Assembly: GCA_951406725.2 (NCBI GenBank)
Contig: OX597814.1
Span: forward strand, 67,456,001 to 67,520,000
DNA from: Octopus vulgaris
Taxonomy: Eukaryota
Direction of reading: 5' to 3'
Length of the DNA: 64,000 bases
The position numbers were made by a program, and so were the translations under genes. The notes below the pieces were generated by a model, which saw only the letters and a list, made by a program, of their open reading frames with translations, made no database searches and was not told where the DNA came from. Positions within the stretch are counted from its first letter, which is position 1. Each line of letters starts with the position of its first letter. Shown in pieces: positions 1 to 13,890 of this stretch.

Positions 1-99
1 GCTGTTATTTAGAAGGCAGCAGTACGGAGATCTAAATTAGCAGTGTCTTTCAGGTGTATTTTTGGTGGAATTATCTTTATTGTGGTTGAGTATTATCGA

Positions 100-630
100 C
101 CCTATATTAGGGAGGCAACTATAAATAACTGTGAAAATTGAATGGTTAAAGAAAATAGAAGATAAGCCCAAATGTAAATTTATCCAATTTGACACAGTGG
201 AGTTTTAACCCTCCATCTCTAAAACTTTGCTTCAAAAGGCACTTGAAATTAGTAAAGCATATGTTACCATAACAAACATTGATATGGGTATTATTATGAA
301 CGCAAATCCTTACATATTCACGATAATTCCTATTGGGTTAAAAACAATGGGAATAAGCTATTTGATGTTGCAATGACGGTGTAGAGTTAGCTGATATTGT
401 AGACCTCTGTAGATAGAAATAAAAAAAAACCAACATAAGATTATATAGGGACAATGTCCTGGGAAGGGTATACAATAAAAACGGACATGATATGAATAGG
501 ATACGAAAAAAATTGTGCAAGATATTTAGCCGATTTGATCTAAAAACCATAATAGGTAAATACCTTAAAGAAGTCAATTTTCTAGATAATAACATGAACT
601 TTAGCATAAACACAAAGCAATGACTGAAAC
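100..630 (+). mobile_element. Decayed Penelope-like element reverse transcriptase fragment
   Basis: Translates across stops/frameshifts to IEWLKKIEDKPKCKFIQFDTVEF*PSISK, FDVAM, DGVELADIV, LYRDN, EVNFLD, matching PLE RT motifs. Confidence 0.7.
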
Positions 631-1394
631 CAGTACAAAATAAAAGAAAAATACATACGTTAAGACCGTCAATGAAACATACATACATGCATACACACAT
701 GATATACATGTCTACATAGATATATGAATAAAATAAATAGATAGATATATATTCATTTATTTACACAATATCACCGGTTTTGATGATGAATCTCATCTTA
801 TCAAATATTAGTAAAAATTTATAAAAATTTGAAGTAAAAACAGTTTATATTCTGTTCGGGGGCCAAAAACATGTCTGGAGTTTTTTTTCGTTGAAGTCTT
901 TAAATAAAGATTGGTATAGACTTGAAAGCGTTAGAGAGAAAGAAAGTGGGTATAGTTGGCTATTGTTTTGTAGTTATCTATTGCCTATTGTACTTGGTCA
1001 GAAATAAATCTGCATTACTTGAATTTTCCTAACCTCAAAGGTCTTATTGTTTCACTGATATGGTACATTGTCACAATCTTTCCAGAAAAATCTTGCGTTA
1101 AGACCGTCAATGAAACATTTACTCACATATCCGTGAGCTCTAATAATTATCTGTAAAAATGTGAATTTTCATGTAGGCTAAAAAAGCTGTTGGTTCTGAA
1201 GTAATTACATGTAAATATTCACACTTTCACTGGTTTTGGAAAAGATATTCACATCCATAGAATATCGGTGCATAATAAGTATTCGTAATTTTTGCATTGT
1301 CCCAATTATTTCCTGAGAATAGTTTAAATATGCAATAATTGAATAATAATAAAGGTTTAAATAATATTTGCAAAATTTGAACGGTATTTTATAG

Positions 1395-1448
1395 AAGTGC
1401 TGATATCTGAAAACGAGATGGCACAGAATTTAGAAGAGGATGCTCCAG
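1395..1448 (+). CDS. Host gene cassette exon (54 nt, phase 1-1): EVLISENEMAQNLEEDAP
   Basis: ttttatag|AAGTG...GCTCCAG|gtataa; open frame, length divisible by 3, shares the QNLE-E-x-P ending with downstream exons. Confidence 0.7.
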
Positions 1449-1458
1449 GTATAAAATC

Positions 1459-1600
<142 letters not shown>

Positions 1601-2308
1601 CTCGTGTGGGACGAGTCGGTTTATCAGCAAAGTCTATCGTCAATATTGTCACGCCTCCTTCCTTCAAACGGGAAGGAAGAGCTATTTTCATCATCCTTGT
1701 GGCTATGACGAAAGAATGTATCTGGTGGACGCGTCTGAAAGGATTGGAGACAAACACTTTCCTCTCTGGTCAATCTCTCATCGACTTCTTCAAGTATCAC
1801 TTGAAAAGGAAAGTGAGAGTAGAGAGGCAAGTTTTGTCTAGCGAATGTTTTAAAAAAAAGATGGCTGAATGTAGCAAGGATGGTACGTATGAATGACGAA
1901 GCCACCTTGAGCATAATCCTATGAACCCGGAAATTTAAAACAGAGGGTAACCTACTTGCAAACAAATGTGGTAACTTGTAACAATGTTGACCGAGTTTAT
2001 CGTGGTCTTTTCCGTAGACTTTTCTTCCCACGGATAAAATTTATCTGCTTCCCCTTTAAACCTTATATCATGACACTGTGATACACGATCCCTATTGATA
2101 GCTTTTTTGTTTCTTTTCCTTTTTTGTTTCTTTTCCTTTTTTGTTTCTTTTTCTTTTTTTCTTTCTTTTTTTCTGCTTACCCTTTTACGATCCCTTTTGA
2201 TCGAAAACCTACCCTACCTTTATATATTTTTTTCTCCCCCAAAAAGAAAAGCTCTACTTTGTAATCTGTCCCGTCTGTGTGCAGCCCTGTGTGGCTAATA
2301 AAGAAACA
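1601..2308 (+). mobile_element. Tx1/L1-clade LINE 3' fragment embedded in (TATC)n
   Basis: ORF 1606-1896 aligns with the C-terminus of ORF 25950-26804; ends GCCCTGTGTGGCTAATAAAG then microsatellite. Confidence 0.75.
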
Positions 2309-2334
2309 TATCTATCTATCTATTTGTCTATATG

Positions 2335-2405
<71 letters not shown>

Positions 2406-2489
2406 GTTTGTCTGTCTGTCTGTCTGTCCGTCTGTCTGGCCATCTTTCTCTTTAACTATATCCTTCTATACATACACATACATACATAT

Positions 2490-2520
<31 letters not shown>

Positions 2521-2602
2521 CATGCATACATACATACATACATACATACATACATACATACATACATACATACATACATGCATACATACGTACGTACGTA
2601 CA

Positions 2603-3365
2603 TTATGGCTGCCCCCTCGTTATCGAGTATGGCCATTGCACGAAGCTTAATTGTTACTGGTGCTGTGATCGAATGTGACTTTTTAGCCCAGCTAAAGATC
2701 TACAATGTCTTGTACAAAATTGGCAACTAAAACATTTACTGGTAATAGCCGGCTGTAGTTGTAACTGGGCTTCATTTACCTTTGCATGTCGTTTAAGTCC
2801 TCCTGCTGAATTACACTCTCTTCCACATGCCCGACAGATATGATTAGTATGGTGTGTTACGCCACCGCCAGTGGCCAGGTTGTCACTCATCTGTCTCGTT
2901 TTATGACTACGAAGATGACTCATGAGTCCAGCTTTACTGAGGCAGGGTCTTGCACAGACATTGCATGTCAGAATCAAAGGAAGACCCTTCCCTTCTGGAA
3001 GTGTAACAGCGATGCCCTTCCTGACATCCCTCCTTACTTTCTCATGTGCAACTCGAGATTTCTCAAACGTGGCTGTACCCTCATGCACAATCCTTCTCCA
3101 CCTGCTACGATCAATAGCTATGCCTTCCCATGTGTCAGGAGAGATGCAAGCATCTCTCAAGGAAGCCTTCAGCAAGTCCTTATACCTCTTTTTTGGTTTA
3201 TGTGGAGGTCGTTCTCATTTAGCTAACTCTCCATAAAAGAGTTGTTTTGGCATCCTTGAATCCTTCATTCTGAGAAGATGACCACCCCATCTGAGCCTTT
3301 GCTTTAACACAAGAGCTTCTATACTTTCACACCGAGAGCCTTCAAGTATTTCAAGATCACTGATG
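2603..3365 (-). mobile_element. RTE/BovB-type LINE 3' fragment with three C2H2-like zinc fingers
   Basis: RLRWGGHLLRMKDSRMPKQLFYGEL, PKKRYKDLLKASL, WEGIAIDRSRWR; C2H2 motifs; tail runs into (ATGT)n. Confidence 0.85.
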
Positions 3366-3427
3366 CGGTCCTACATACATACATACATACATACATACAT
3401 ACATACATACATGCATACATACATACA

Positions 3428-3460
<33 letters not shown>

Positions 3461-3704
3461 GTATACATACATATATGTATACATACATATATGCATACAT
3501 AGATACGTACATAGATACATATATATGTAGATGTACGTCTGCATATATGTATGTGTATATATATTTATACATACAAGCAGACGTACACCTACATATGTAT
3601 GTATGTATGTATCTATGTATACATATATGTATGTATGTATGCATTTATTTATGTATAGAACCATATAGTTAAAGAGATAGATGGCCAAACAGACATATAT
3701 ATTA

Positions 3705-4285
<581 letters not shown>

Positions 4286-4287
4286 TA

Positions 4288-4357
<70 letters not shown>

Positions 4358-4773
4358 CATACGTACATATATATGTGTGTGTGTGTGTGTGTGTATGTGT
4401 GTGTGTGCGTGTGTGTATGTGTGTATGTGTGTGTGTGTGTGTGCCTATATAAGTTAGAGGTTAAACAAACATCTAAGGGATAATAAATATCCAATATACT
4501 GCCGGATCTATACCTACGTATTTATATCCAAATGCTTACAGATGCAGGGCGGTAGCGCAATATAAATTACCCAGAATTTATAAGGCAAATAAGAAAATGG
4601 AGAGAATAATCAATCGACAAACATCAGTCTGTAAGCATTCACTTGGATCTATTTATTGATTAATTACAATCATATGCATAAGTAATCAAAATAAATAAAC
4701 AAATAAACAAGTAAATAAATAAATGAATAAAAATAAATAAATGAATAAGAATAAATGATTGAAAAATACTAAA

Positions 4774-4916
4774 CGCTTACATCTGTTTCTCCTTTGGGGT
4801 GTCCAACTCGCCAAGGTTTTCACATCATACCAGTAATATACAGGGATTGTACAAAGGTTGTACAAACATTGGACAGGGGCTGGACAATAATTGAGCCCCA
4901 AAGCTTCATCGGAGAG
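4774..4916 (-). ncRNA. Type I hammerhead-like motif with long stem II insertion
   Basis: CCGATGA-AG-CTTTGGGG...CCCCAAAG-GA-GAAACAGATGTA; stem I partly decayed. Confidence 0.5.
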
Positions 4917-5459
4917 ACCATAATGTTAGGAATCTAACATGTGAAGAAGTAAGATAAATAATAAAATAAAATAAAAAATAATAAGAATGGTAAAAAAAGT
5001 CAATTCCAACGTAATATCCATAAGTTATTGGATTACATCTGATGGTAAAGAAAGTCACTTCCAGAAGTAATTTCCATAGGTTATGAGAGTTACATCCTAT
5101 TTAAATTCACTGGGGTAAATATCAATGGTAAGACGCTGTGGAGTGAGTTAAATGAGATGGTCCGTATCACAGGCGTCAAAAGTTGAAGGCTAACGGCTAT
5201 GTAATAGAGTATCATGAAAATTCACAAAGTTAACTTGATGTGAACTTGTTTGGAGAAATCAATACATAACTATATCAATGAAGGAATAATTTGAGTAAAA
5301 CGTGAGTGTGATGTTATTATTAACAAAAATCTCATCCTAATACCCCTATGCAGAGTAGGGTGAGATCTAAGTTAACCCTATAACTTAATTGGTCCACTAA
5401 TATTTGAAAACAATGGTGCTTTAAATCTATCAATATAATACAAAACAGATAAAAAAATT

Positions 5460-5814
5460 GGTCCTGTGGGGGTGGGGGTTTGTGATATATGTAGTGGTGT
5501 CATATAGTGGCGGATCTACTATAAAACTAATGAAGCTTAAGCTTCAGGGCCCCTAATATCTAAGGGGACCCTTTGATCAACTTAATTTTTTCATTCTGCC
5601 AATATTTTTCTTTTTGTATTTTGCCATGCAGACTGGGCCGACTCTAATATTTGAAAACAATGGCGTTGTTTAGACCCGTTAAATTTATCAATAAAAAATA
5701 CAAAACAAATAAAAGAATATTCAAGGAATGAATTGTCTAAGGAGCATTACATACTGAAGGAGTGATGAATAGTACTTGCGCCTTATATATGTATGTATAT
5801 ATATATATGTATGC

Positions 5815-5911
<97 letters not shown>

Positions 5912-5982
5912 CATACATACATACATATATATATACATACATACATACACACCCCCACACACACACACACATATATATATAG

Positions 5983-6015
<33 letters not shown>

Positions 6016-6950
6016 CACATATACAGTTCTATATTTAAAAGATGAGGAATTATGTACATTATTTACATTATTTACAATTGACAGATATTTGTTCTCATCT
6101 TGTTTGATGTTAACAACAAACAAGATGAGGACAATATCCATCATGTGTAAATAATGTATATATATATATATATATATACATGTATATACTTGTGTTTGTG
6201 TCAGTGTCTGTCCCCCCCCCCCCCCCACCACACCATCGCTGGTGTATTTATGTCCCCAACTTAGCAGTTCGGCAAAAGAGACTGATAGAATAAGTACTAG
6301 TCTTAAAAAGAATAAGTCCTGCGGTTGAATTTTTCGACTAAAACCCTGTAAGGTGGTGCTCCAGAATGGCTGAAGTTAGATGACTGAAGCAAGTAAAGGA
6401 ATAAAAGAATATATATTTATATGTACGTGAGTAGTCCAAGACACCATAAGTCACGGAAAAGATGCACTCGTATATCTGTCAGTAGAGTGGGTGTATTGTC
6501 CGAAATGTATAGTATTAAGTATCCATCACGGCTGATCTTACGAATCGGTTTCGCGTAAAGAATACAATAAAATGTTAGGTTATAATCCGATTATATAACT
6601 TTACGCTCATCAGAGTTAGCCAATATCGAAGGGAATATGGCGACTGTTCTCTATTGTCGGTGTGAAATGAAAAAGAACCAGGGATTAGGTTCGGAGTTAT
6701 GTCCCTTCGTTGGGTACGCTGTGAAGCCGGTAGGAATTGTCCTGAAGTGAAGTAGGTGTATATTATTAATGTGGTGTTCCTGTGGGTGTGGGGTGTGATA
6801 TGTGTAGTGGTGTCATACAGTGGCGGATCTACTATAAAACTAATGAAGTTTCAGGGCCCCTAATATCTGGCGGGCCCCACTGATCAACTTCATTTTTTCA
6901 TTCTGTCAGTATTTTCTTTTTGTATTTTGCCATGCAGACAGGGCCGACTC
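5460..6950. repeat. Dispersed duplicate segment (5460-5645 and 6778-6950)
   Basis: Near-identical TGTGATATATGTAGTGGTGTCATA-AGTGGCGGATCTACTATAAAACTAATGAAG...GGGCCGACTC. Confidence 0.8.
6537..6618 (-). ncRNA. Type I hammerhead-like motif in a PLE-derived repeat
   Basis: CTGATGA-GCGTAAAG...CTTTACGC-GAAACCGATTC-GTAAG; perfect 8-bp stem II. A related inverted copy of the host repeat lies at about 7420-7595. Confidence 0.6.
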
Positions 6951-7605
6951 CAGGAGCAGCATGGTGATAGGGAAGTGACAAAGGAAAGTAAAAAAAAAAC
7001 ATGTATGTATGTTGATGTATGTGTGTATGTATATAGAGAAATAGACTCATCTTTAAGGACTCCATATCACCATTTCACCATGGTTGAAGTCATGGTGGGA
7101 CGCGTAGGTACGATAGGATGTACTTCCTTTCAAGAGGGCAAGGATTAAACACCTCACTCCTGCTATTTAGGTAGACATCCAGGTGTTGGGTACATTTTAA
7201 AATTGCTCTCTTCTCAGTCAGGCATAATATGCAATTCTTGCTGCTATTGAAATACAGTTTGCATTTTTCTAGGATCTTCCAGTTGATTCAGTACTCCGTG
7301 GCGCTTTCTTTCAAAGCCCAGGCTAGAGTTGTGGCGTTACGTCTTTATCGTTTACGAAAAGAAAACAGACCAACGAACACAGCTATATATATCTACACCC
7401 CCGGAAAATATACAGGACACATATCACACATCCCACCCAACAGGAGCACTACAATAATATACAACTTCCCCACTCCATGATAACTCTTACCGGCTTCACA
7501 GCATACCCGATGAAGGGACATAACTTCGAACCTAATCTCCTGGCCCTTAATTGTAAGATCAGCCGCGATGGATACTTAATACTATACATTTCGGATAATA
7601 TATAT

Positions 7606-7976
7606 ATGGAAGCACTCCGTCTGTTACGACGACGAGGGTTCCGGTTGATCAACGGAACAGCCTGCTCGTGAAATTAACGTGTAAGTGACTGAGCACTCCA
7701 AAGACACGTGTACCCATAACGTAGTTCTCGGGGATATTCAGTGTGACACAGAGAGTGACAAGGCCGGCCCTTTGAAATACAGGTACAACAGAAACAGGAA
7801 GTAAGAGTAAGTTGTGGTGAAAGAGTACAGCATGGATCACCACCATCCCCTGCCGGAGCCTCGTGGAGTTTTAGGTGTTTTCGCTCAATAAACACTCACA
7901 ACGCCCGGTCTGGGAATCGAAACAACGATCCTATGACCGCGAGTCCGCTGCCCTAACCACTGGGCCATTGCGCCTC

Positions 7977-7979
<3 letters not shown>
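7606..7979 (-). mobile_element. tRNA-derived SINE, family B, full length
   Basis: A/B-box head GGCGCAATGGCCCAGTGGTTAGGGC...GTTTCGATTCCC; same body/tail at 22998-23320, head at 10041-10160. Confidence 0.88.
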
Positions 7980-8033
<54 letters not shown>

Positions 8034-8413
8034 CTTTTGTTCTAATTTTGTTCATGTGTTTACATCCACCCATTATTATCATTACATATGCTTGTATGTA
8101 TGTATAACAACAATATTAGTAATAATAATAATAAATCTAATAAAAAAAAATATATATATACATATACACATATACTCGGTTAAGTAATTGAGATTCTAGT
8201 GAATTCTAAAGAATTCACATGAATATGGTCCTTAACTAGGATGCACCGGAAATCTATATGGTGTTAACCATACGACAAGTGGGGTGATTACAAATAGGAA
8301 AAAAGCAACAAGAATGGATTAAAATCTCGGTACGATCCTCGTACGAAACGATCGTACCGAGATTTTAATCCATTCTTGTTGTTTTTTTCCTACATATACA
8401 CATATATATACTC

Positions 8414-8478
<65 letters not shown>

Positions 8479-8564
8479 CATATACATACATAAATATATA
8501 TATTTATTCATTTCTATTTGTTTATTTTTCTGTGTATTTATTATGTTTTCGGGATCCTCTATCG

Positions 8565-9671
8565 TCATATGTTGTGGTGTGTGCTATTGCTCCATTCTAG
8601 TTTTCTATTCAGGCTAGGTTTATTTTCTATTATATGTGTAGCTTCTGTAATTTGTCTAATTGTTGCATCTGTTCTATGTGTGGACAATATCTTAATCTCT
8701 ATGTTATTGATTGATCCCCCGTGTTCCTGTTCGGCGTGTTGGTACAGAATCGATGAGCTTTTACCTTCCTTGAGTTGTCTCCAATGTCCATTCACCCGCT
8801 CTCCTATGCTTCTTGCCGTTTCCCCTACGTATGTTATTGTCTTGTTACTGCATCGTCCCTCTATACATCTTATACTATAGACTACATTTCTGGCTTTACA
8901 GTTTGTTTGTGGGCTAAATCTACATACAGTGCAATAGTTATCCGTACAGAGGGTTCTACAAAAAGGATAGGTTCTACCAATTATAGATTTGATAGGGTTG
9001 CATGGCTTTTCAACAACCTTAATTCTTAGTTTAAGTTTATCTAGGGTCCTTCTAAAGCGGTACGCCAGTTCACCTCCAGGGGTGGTGTCAACGAACATGA
9101 CACTCTGGTATTTATGGCTATCATACCAAGAGTTGGCCTTCCCTATTTTCTTTTTTGTCCTTTCTATAGTATTCCATGACTTGTTCCTATAGAGTGGGCA
9201 AATCCCATTCCTATCATTACATAATATATTATCAAATTTCTTCATGGCTCCTTTGTATACTCTGATCCTTTCTTTATGGCTGTAACCTGAGAACTGCATG
9301 CGGTGAATGAAATACTGTATGTGTCTCTTTAATTCTGTAGGCTCGCACATGCGTGACACATTTCTCATTATTCTGACGAGGTCTGCCATCAAAATATTGA
9401 ATTTGGCGTTGCCCGCAATGGCTGAGTTCCGGTGGATCAGGTATTTTGAGGCCATAGGTTTTGCATAGTATGAATGAAGGATTTGAGTTTTATTTTTCAC
9501 AATTTCTAGCCAGAGTTCAGTGTCTAGTACTGGTAGTCTATGGTTGGGGTGTTTAGTGGGGTAGTCTATTGTGACCTTAATACTCTGGTGGATGGAGTTA
9601 GCTATTTGCTGGATGCTCTCCATAGTATTAGTTTCTATTACTATATCAACATTACTCTCTTGTGTAATCAA
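8565..9671 (-). mobile_element. Penelope-like element, 5'-truncated open ORF (RT C-terminus + GIY-YIG endonuclease)
   Basis: 368-aa ORF with LPVLDTELW, Cys-rich linker, NVVYSIRC...YVGETARSIGERVNGH, RQITEA. Confidence 0.9.
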
Positions 9672-9793
9672 CTCTGGCCGAAATAAGATTAAGATTAATG
9701 TAAAAAATAAATATCACTGAAGCAAAATAACACCAAATATATAGTGCGTGTGTTTTTATTGGCTAAACTGGCAATATGACCATTCAGAAATAT

Positions 9794-9840
<47 letters not shown>

Positions 9841-9940
9841 TAATCCAAACAAGAAAACAGAAAAAAAGAGAAAAAACACAGCAACGCAGGACGTGGAACA
9901 ATTAAAGTATTATTGACGCTCAGGAAAGAAGGGAAGGAGG

Positions 9941-9975
9941 GTTTAACGTTTCGAGCGGAGCTCTTCGTCGGAAAC
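9941..9975 (-). ncRNA. Minimal type I hammerhead motif (CCGA core variant)
   Basis: GTTT-CCGACGA-AGAGCTCCGCTC-GAAACGTT-AAAC; stems I and II pair, palindromic stem III. Confidence 0.65.
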
Positions 9976-10160
9976 AAGGAGAAGGAAAGATCCCAAGGAA
10001 GGAAGACAGAGGAGAAAATATTTGAGCTGGTGGTGCTCAAGAGGGCGCAATGGCCCAGTGGTTAGGGCAGCGGACTCGCGGTTATAGGATCGCGGTTTCG
10101 ATTCCCAGACCGGGCGTTGTGAGTGTTTATTGAGCGAAAACACCTAAAACTCCACGAGGA

Positions 10161-10477
10161 GTTGTAATTCCAAAAGTGATTGAAAAATAATAACGTTTAC
10201 CTTAATCCTAGACCCTGTAAGAGGCAATTTATTTATTTAGTGCTGGATGAGTTCCACTTGTGCGCGGTAAATTCGAAAAATTAGAACCTATAGACACGTG
10301 GCTGATTTCTTATAGCTCCATGTCTATGTGTTCAGTCTTGGCAACCTACTGAGGACGCAGCGCCACAAATAGACTGAGATTATTTTATTTCAATCTGTAT
10401 TTAAGTCTGCAGAAATCTTGCAGGGTCTAGAATTAAGGTAAACGTTTTTATTTTTCAATCACTTTCGGAATTACAAC
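10161..10477. mobile_element. MITE with ~62-bp terminal inverted repeats interrupting a SINE
   Basis: GTTGTAATTCCAAAAGTGATTG...CCCTGTAAGA and its reverse complement at about 10416-10477. Confidence 0.75.
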
Positions 10478-10555
10478 AATTGGTGGCTTGGAGTTTTTAA
10501 CTGCTCTTTCTAGCGAGTCAGATATCCTATTCTTCGGGTATCTCTTTTATGTTTT

Positions 10556-10622
<67 letters not shown>

Positions 10623-11333
10623 TTATATATACATACACACACACACACATATATATACACACATATGTGTGAGTGTGTGCGTGTATGTGTGTGCGAGCGT
10701 GCGTGTGTGTGTGTATGTGTGTGTGTGTGTGAGTGTGTGTGTTTGAGTGTGTTTGTGTGTTATATGTCTGCTAGTAGGAAAGCAGGTGTAAATATATGTA
10801 AAAAAAATACACGCAATAAACGATTGAACACATGCATTTACATTGTTTTACTGTCTTTAAATATCCGTGTTCTTCCAACTGAGAAAGAGCTGGTTCTTAC
10901 AAATATACGTGTCATACATGTAAATTCTAGAATTTGTATGATATCAACATGAAGAGTATGAATGTACGGAGGTTTATACTTTGGTTATTTATCAACTTGT
11001 AAAACATACTAATAAGTTACAAGTTACTTTCTCATTTTCATCGCATTTCACTGAAGTATTTGCTAACGAAGACGAATGCTCCGATATTTATTTGTAAAAA
11101 TTGGAATATTCAATCAGGATAGAGAGGCATCAGATATCAAAGTAGTTGTTCAGAAATATTCCGAGTTTTTCTGGTTTACGAATTACATTTACACGGGTAA
11201 GTTGCACTGTAGGAGTGTGCGTGTCCTTTTTCACTTGTGCCCCAGGAATTTAACTTCTATATCATAAAAAAGTTTGTAAATATTTAATATTGAAGTTTTA
11301 AAATGATAATTTTTCTCCATTTCAATTCTGTAG

Positions 11334-11411
11334 AATATAAATTTATGATACCAATGCCACATGGAGAGGAGCTTGAGGCTGTCATGCAAAATTTAGAAAC
11401 AGAGACACTAG
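11334..11411 (+). CDS. Host gene cassette exon (78 nt, phase 1-1): EYKFMIPMPHGEELEAVMQNLETETL
   Basis: Polypyrimidine tract + ctgtag|AATAT...CACTAG|gtaggg; open frame; QNLE motif. Confidence 0.75.
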
Positions 11412-11475
11412 GTAGGGAATATATATGTATTTTTTATTCCTTTATACGTTTCAGCCATGCAGCTGCGGTCATGCT

Positions 11476-11543
<68 letters not shown>

Positions 11544-12030
11544 AGTTTATCAACCATTTCATTATTTGGCGCCAGTATAGCACTTTCACATATCCAGTTT
11601 ACATCAGTGTAATTGCATACATACACTCACAGACACATACACTCTCACATACACTGACACAAACATACACTCTCACACACATATAATTAAGACAGACACA
11701 CACAAACATACGTTTACGTAACGAACACGTACACACACTCACAGACACATACACACTCATATACAAAATGTGTCGTGGTGGTAGTAGTGGTGGTATAAAA
11801 TGTCCTTTACTATAGTTGACTAGAGAAAGATTATTTGACATAAAGTGTTATATTGCGAAATGAAAATTACAATTTGACACTCACGGGGTTTAATACTATT
11901 ACCTAGTAAAAATTGATTTGATTTTGTGGAGCCGTTTGAGAAAGCATAGGGAACAGAGAGACACATAGAAAGACAAAGAATTTTATATACAGGGAGAGAT
12001 TACAATTTTTCTTGCACTCCGATTTTGTAG

Positions 12031-12108
12031 AATCTGAAGAGTATATGATACGAGATGGATATATTCTTGAGTTCGAACAGGCACAAAATTTAGGAATAGA
12101 AAGTCCAG
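12031..12108 (+). pseudogene. Exon-like module (78 nt) with mutated donor: ESEEYMIRDGYILEFEQAQNLGIESP
   Basis: ttttgtag|AATCT...GTCCAG|ttacac; same length, phase and QNL..E.P motif as neighbours, but TT replaces GT at the expected donor. Confidence 0.6.
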
Positions 12109-12169
<61 letters not shown>

Positions 12170-12329
12170 TGAGGCACATTCCAGAATTTTCGAAACTTTT
12201 TAGAAGCAGTTAAAACGGACCTAGATTATTTAAATTTTAGTGCATCATTACTATATATCTAATAAGCTGACCTGCCAACTTTTGCTATTCCAGATTGAAT
12301 AAGATGGTTGTAGCAGCACTTTGAACACA

Positions 12330-12970
12330 CTCTACTGAACACTGCTTGTCACTGTTGACTATCTTGTAGAATGCAGTCGGGACGTTTACAGAATTTGGAA
12401 GGTCGCCATGCAATAAAGTTTGTATAAAGCTCAGCAAAAAGACTGCTTATGGATCAACTTGTACGAGCCGAGCTCCTCTTTTACACTGGCACAGAGGCCA
12501 GGAGGCGAAACAAGTCCACTGGGAAGCTCATGATCTTATGATGATCCCCTTTTCGATATTAATGGTGTCATCTAAAACCAGTGGTTTCCTTCTTTCCAGA
12601 TGGTCATCAGAGAATACTTTGTGGGGGTTTTGAGGGAGTTCAGGAAGAGATTTCATAGCGATAAGCCAGAGCACCTCACCAGGACAACGCACCAGTTCAC
12701 AGTTCTCAACTGGTAACCAACTACTTGACAGAGATTGGTATCAAAACTGTCCATCATCCTCCCTATGGTCCAGACATTGCTCCCTAAGATATTTGGTTGC
12801 TGCCAAAGCTGAAGGAGAATATCAAGGAAAGTTGTTTTGAAGACATAAAGGTGAAGAGAGCTGGGACAAGGGTCCTGGACACTTCCACTTTGGAGGACTT
12901 CCATGGGGCCTTCGCGAAGTGGCTGCAGTGCTACAAGTGCATTGAAGACAGAAGGTCCTGCTGTGAATGA
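12330..12970 (+). mobile_element. Decayed mariner transposase fragment
   Basis: HQDNAPVHSSQLVTNYLTEIGIKTVHHPPYGPDIAP*D motif. Confidence 0.8.
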
Positions 12971-13033
12971 GATTAGAGTTTTGTACTTCTTTAAAATTAA
13001 TACGGCTCTCATTCCTTTAAAGTATATATATAC

Positions 13034-13126
<93 letters not shown>

Positions 13127-13644
13127 AAATAACTTTAAAAATAACTTAGACGGCTATAAGCAATATAAAACCAAAAAGATAGAATCCAGTCGTCACTATG
13201 TGTGACTGACGGTGCAGGGTAGCATCTACATTACTAGAAATAAGAGGTAAAAACCGTAAAGAAACACGTCTATGTACTAACAGGGGAGCTAACCACCCCA
13301 CAGCGGGCGAGATCATCAAACTAGAATTCTAGTTTCGCTTGAAATTAAAGCTCTTCAGTGATGACTACTGCGTCGCTTAATGGTAAGGGCAAATCCCAAC
13401 AGTCAGTATTTTGTATTTATCATATGAATCAATGGATGATTCCGCAAAATGGTTATGTAAAAATTATAAAATAACGAAGGCAGCAATAAGCAATATAAAA
13501 CCCCAAAATAACTGATTGTCACTAATTGTAACTGGTGGTGCAGGGTGGCATCTACATTGCTAGAAATAAGAGATAAATCTCTTCAGTAATGACTACTTCA
13601 TTGCTGAATGGTTTGGTCAAATCCCGATTGTCAGCATATATATT

Positions 13645-13890
13645 AGGTGCAGGAGTGGCTGAGTGGTAATCACATGGTTCTGGCTTCAGTCCCACTGCAT
13701 GGCACCTTGGGTATGTATCTTCTACTGTAGCCTCGGGCCAACCAAAGTCTTGTGAAAAGATTTGGTAGACAGAAACTGAAAGAAGCCCGTCGCATATGTA
13801 TATATATGTACACACACATGATATATATGTATTTGTGTGTCTGTGTTTGTCGCCCCACCATCGCTTGACCACCGATGCTGGTGTGTTTTC
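13645..13890 (+). mobile_element. SINE family A, partial
   Basis: Matches the family A head and body. Confidence 0.8.

Noticed and set aside
2654-3175. Possible host C2H2 zinc-finger gene
   Set aside because: It is contiguous with RTE RT C-terminal motifs and a LINE tail.
7900-7979. tRNA-like sequences with A/B boxes
   Set aside because: They are SINE heads continuous with repeated SINE bodies; no complete cloverleaf seen.
11098-11196. Possible extra 99-nt exon (KIGIFNQDREASDIK...YT) with a good gtaagt donor
   Set aside because: The expected acceptor reads TAA, not AG, and the module end motif is absent; at most a decayed exon.
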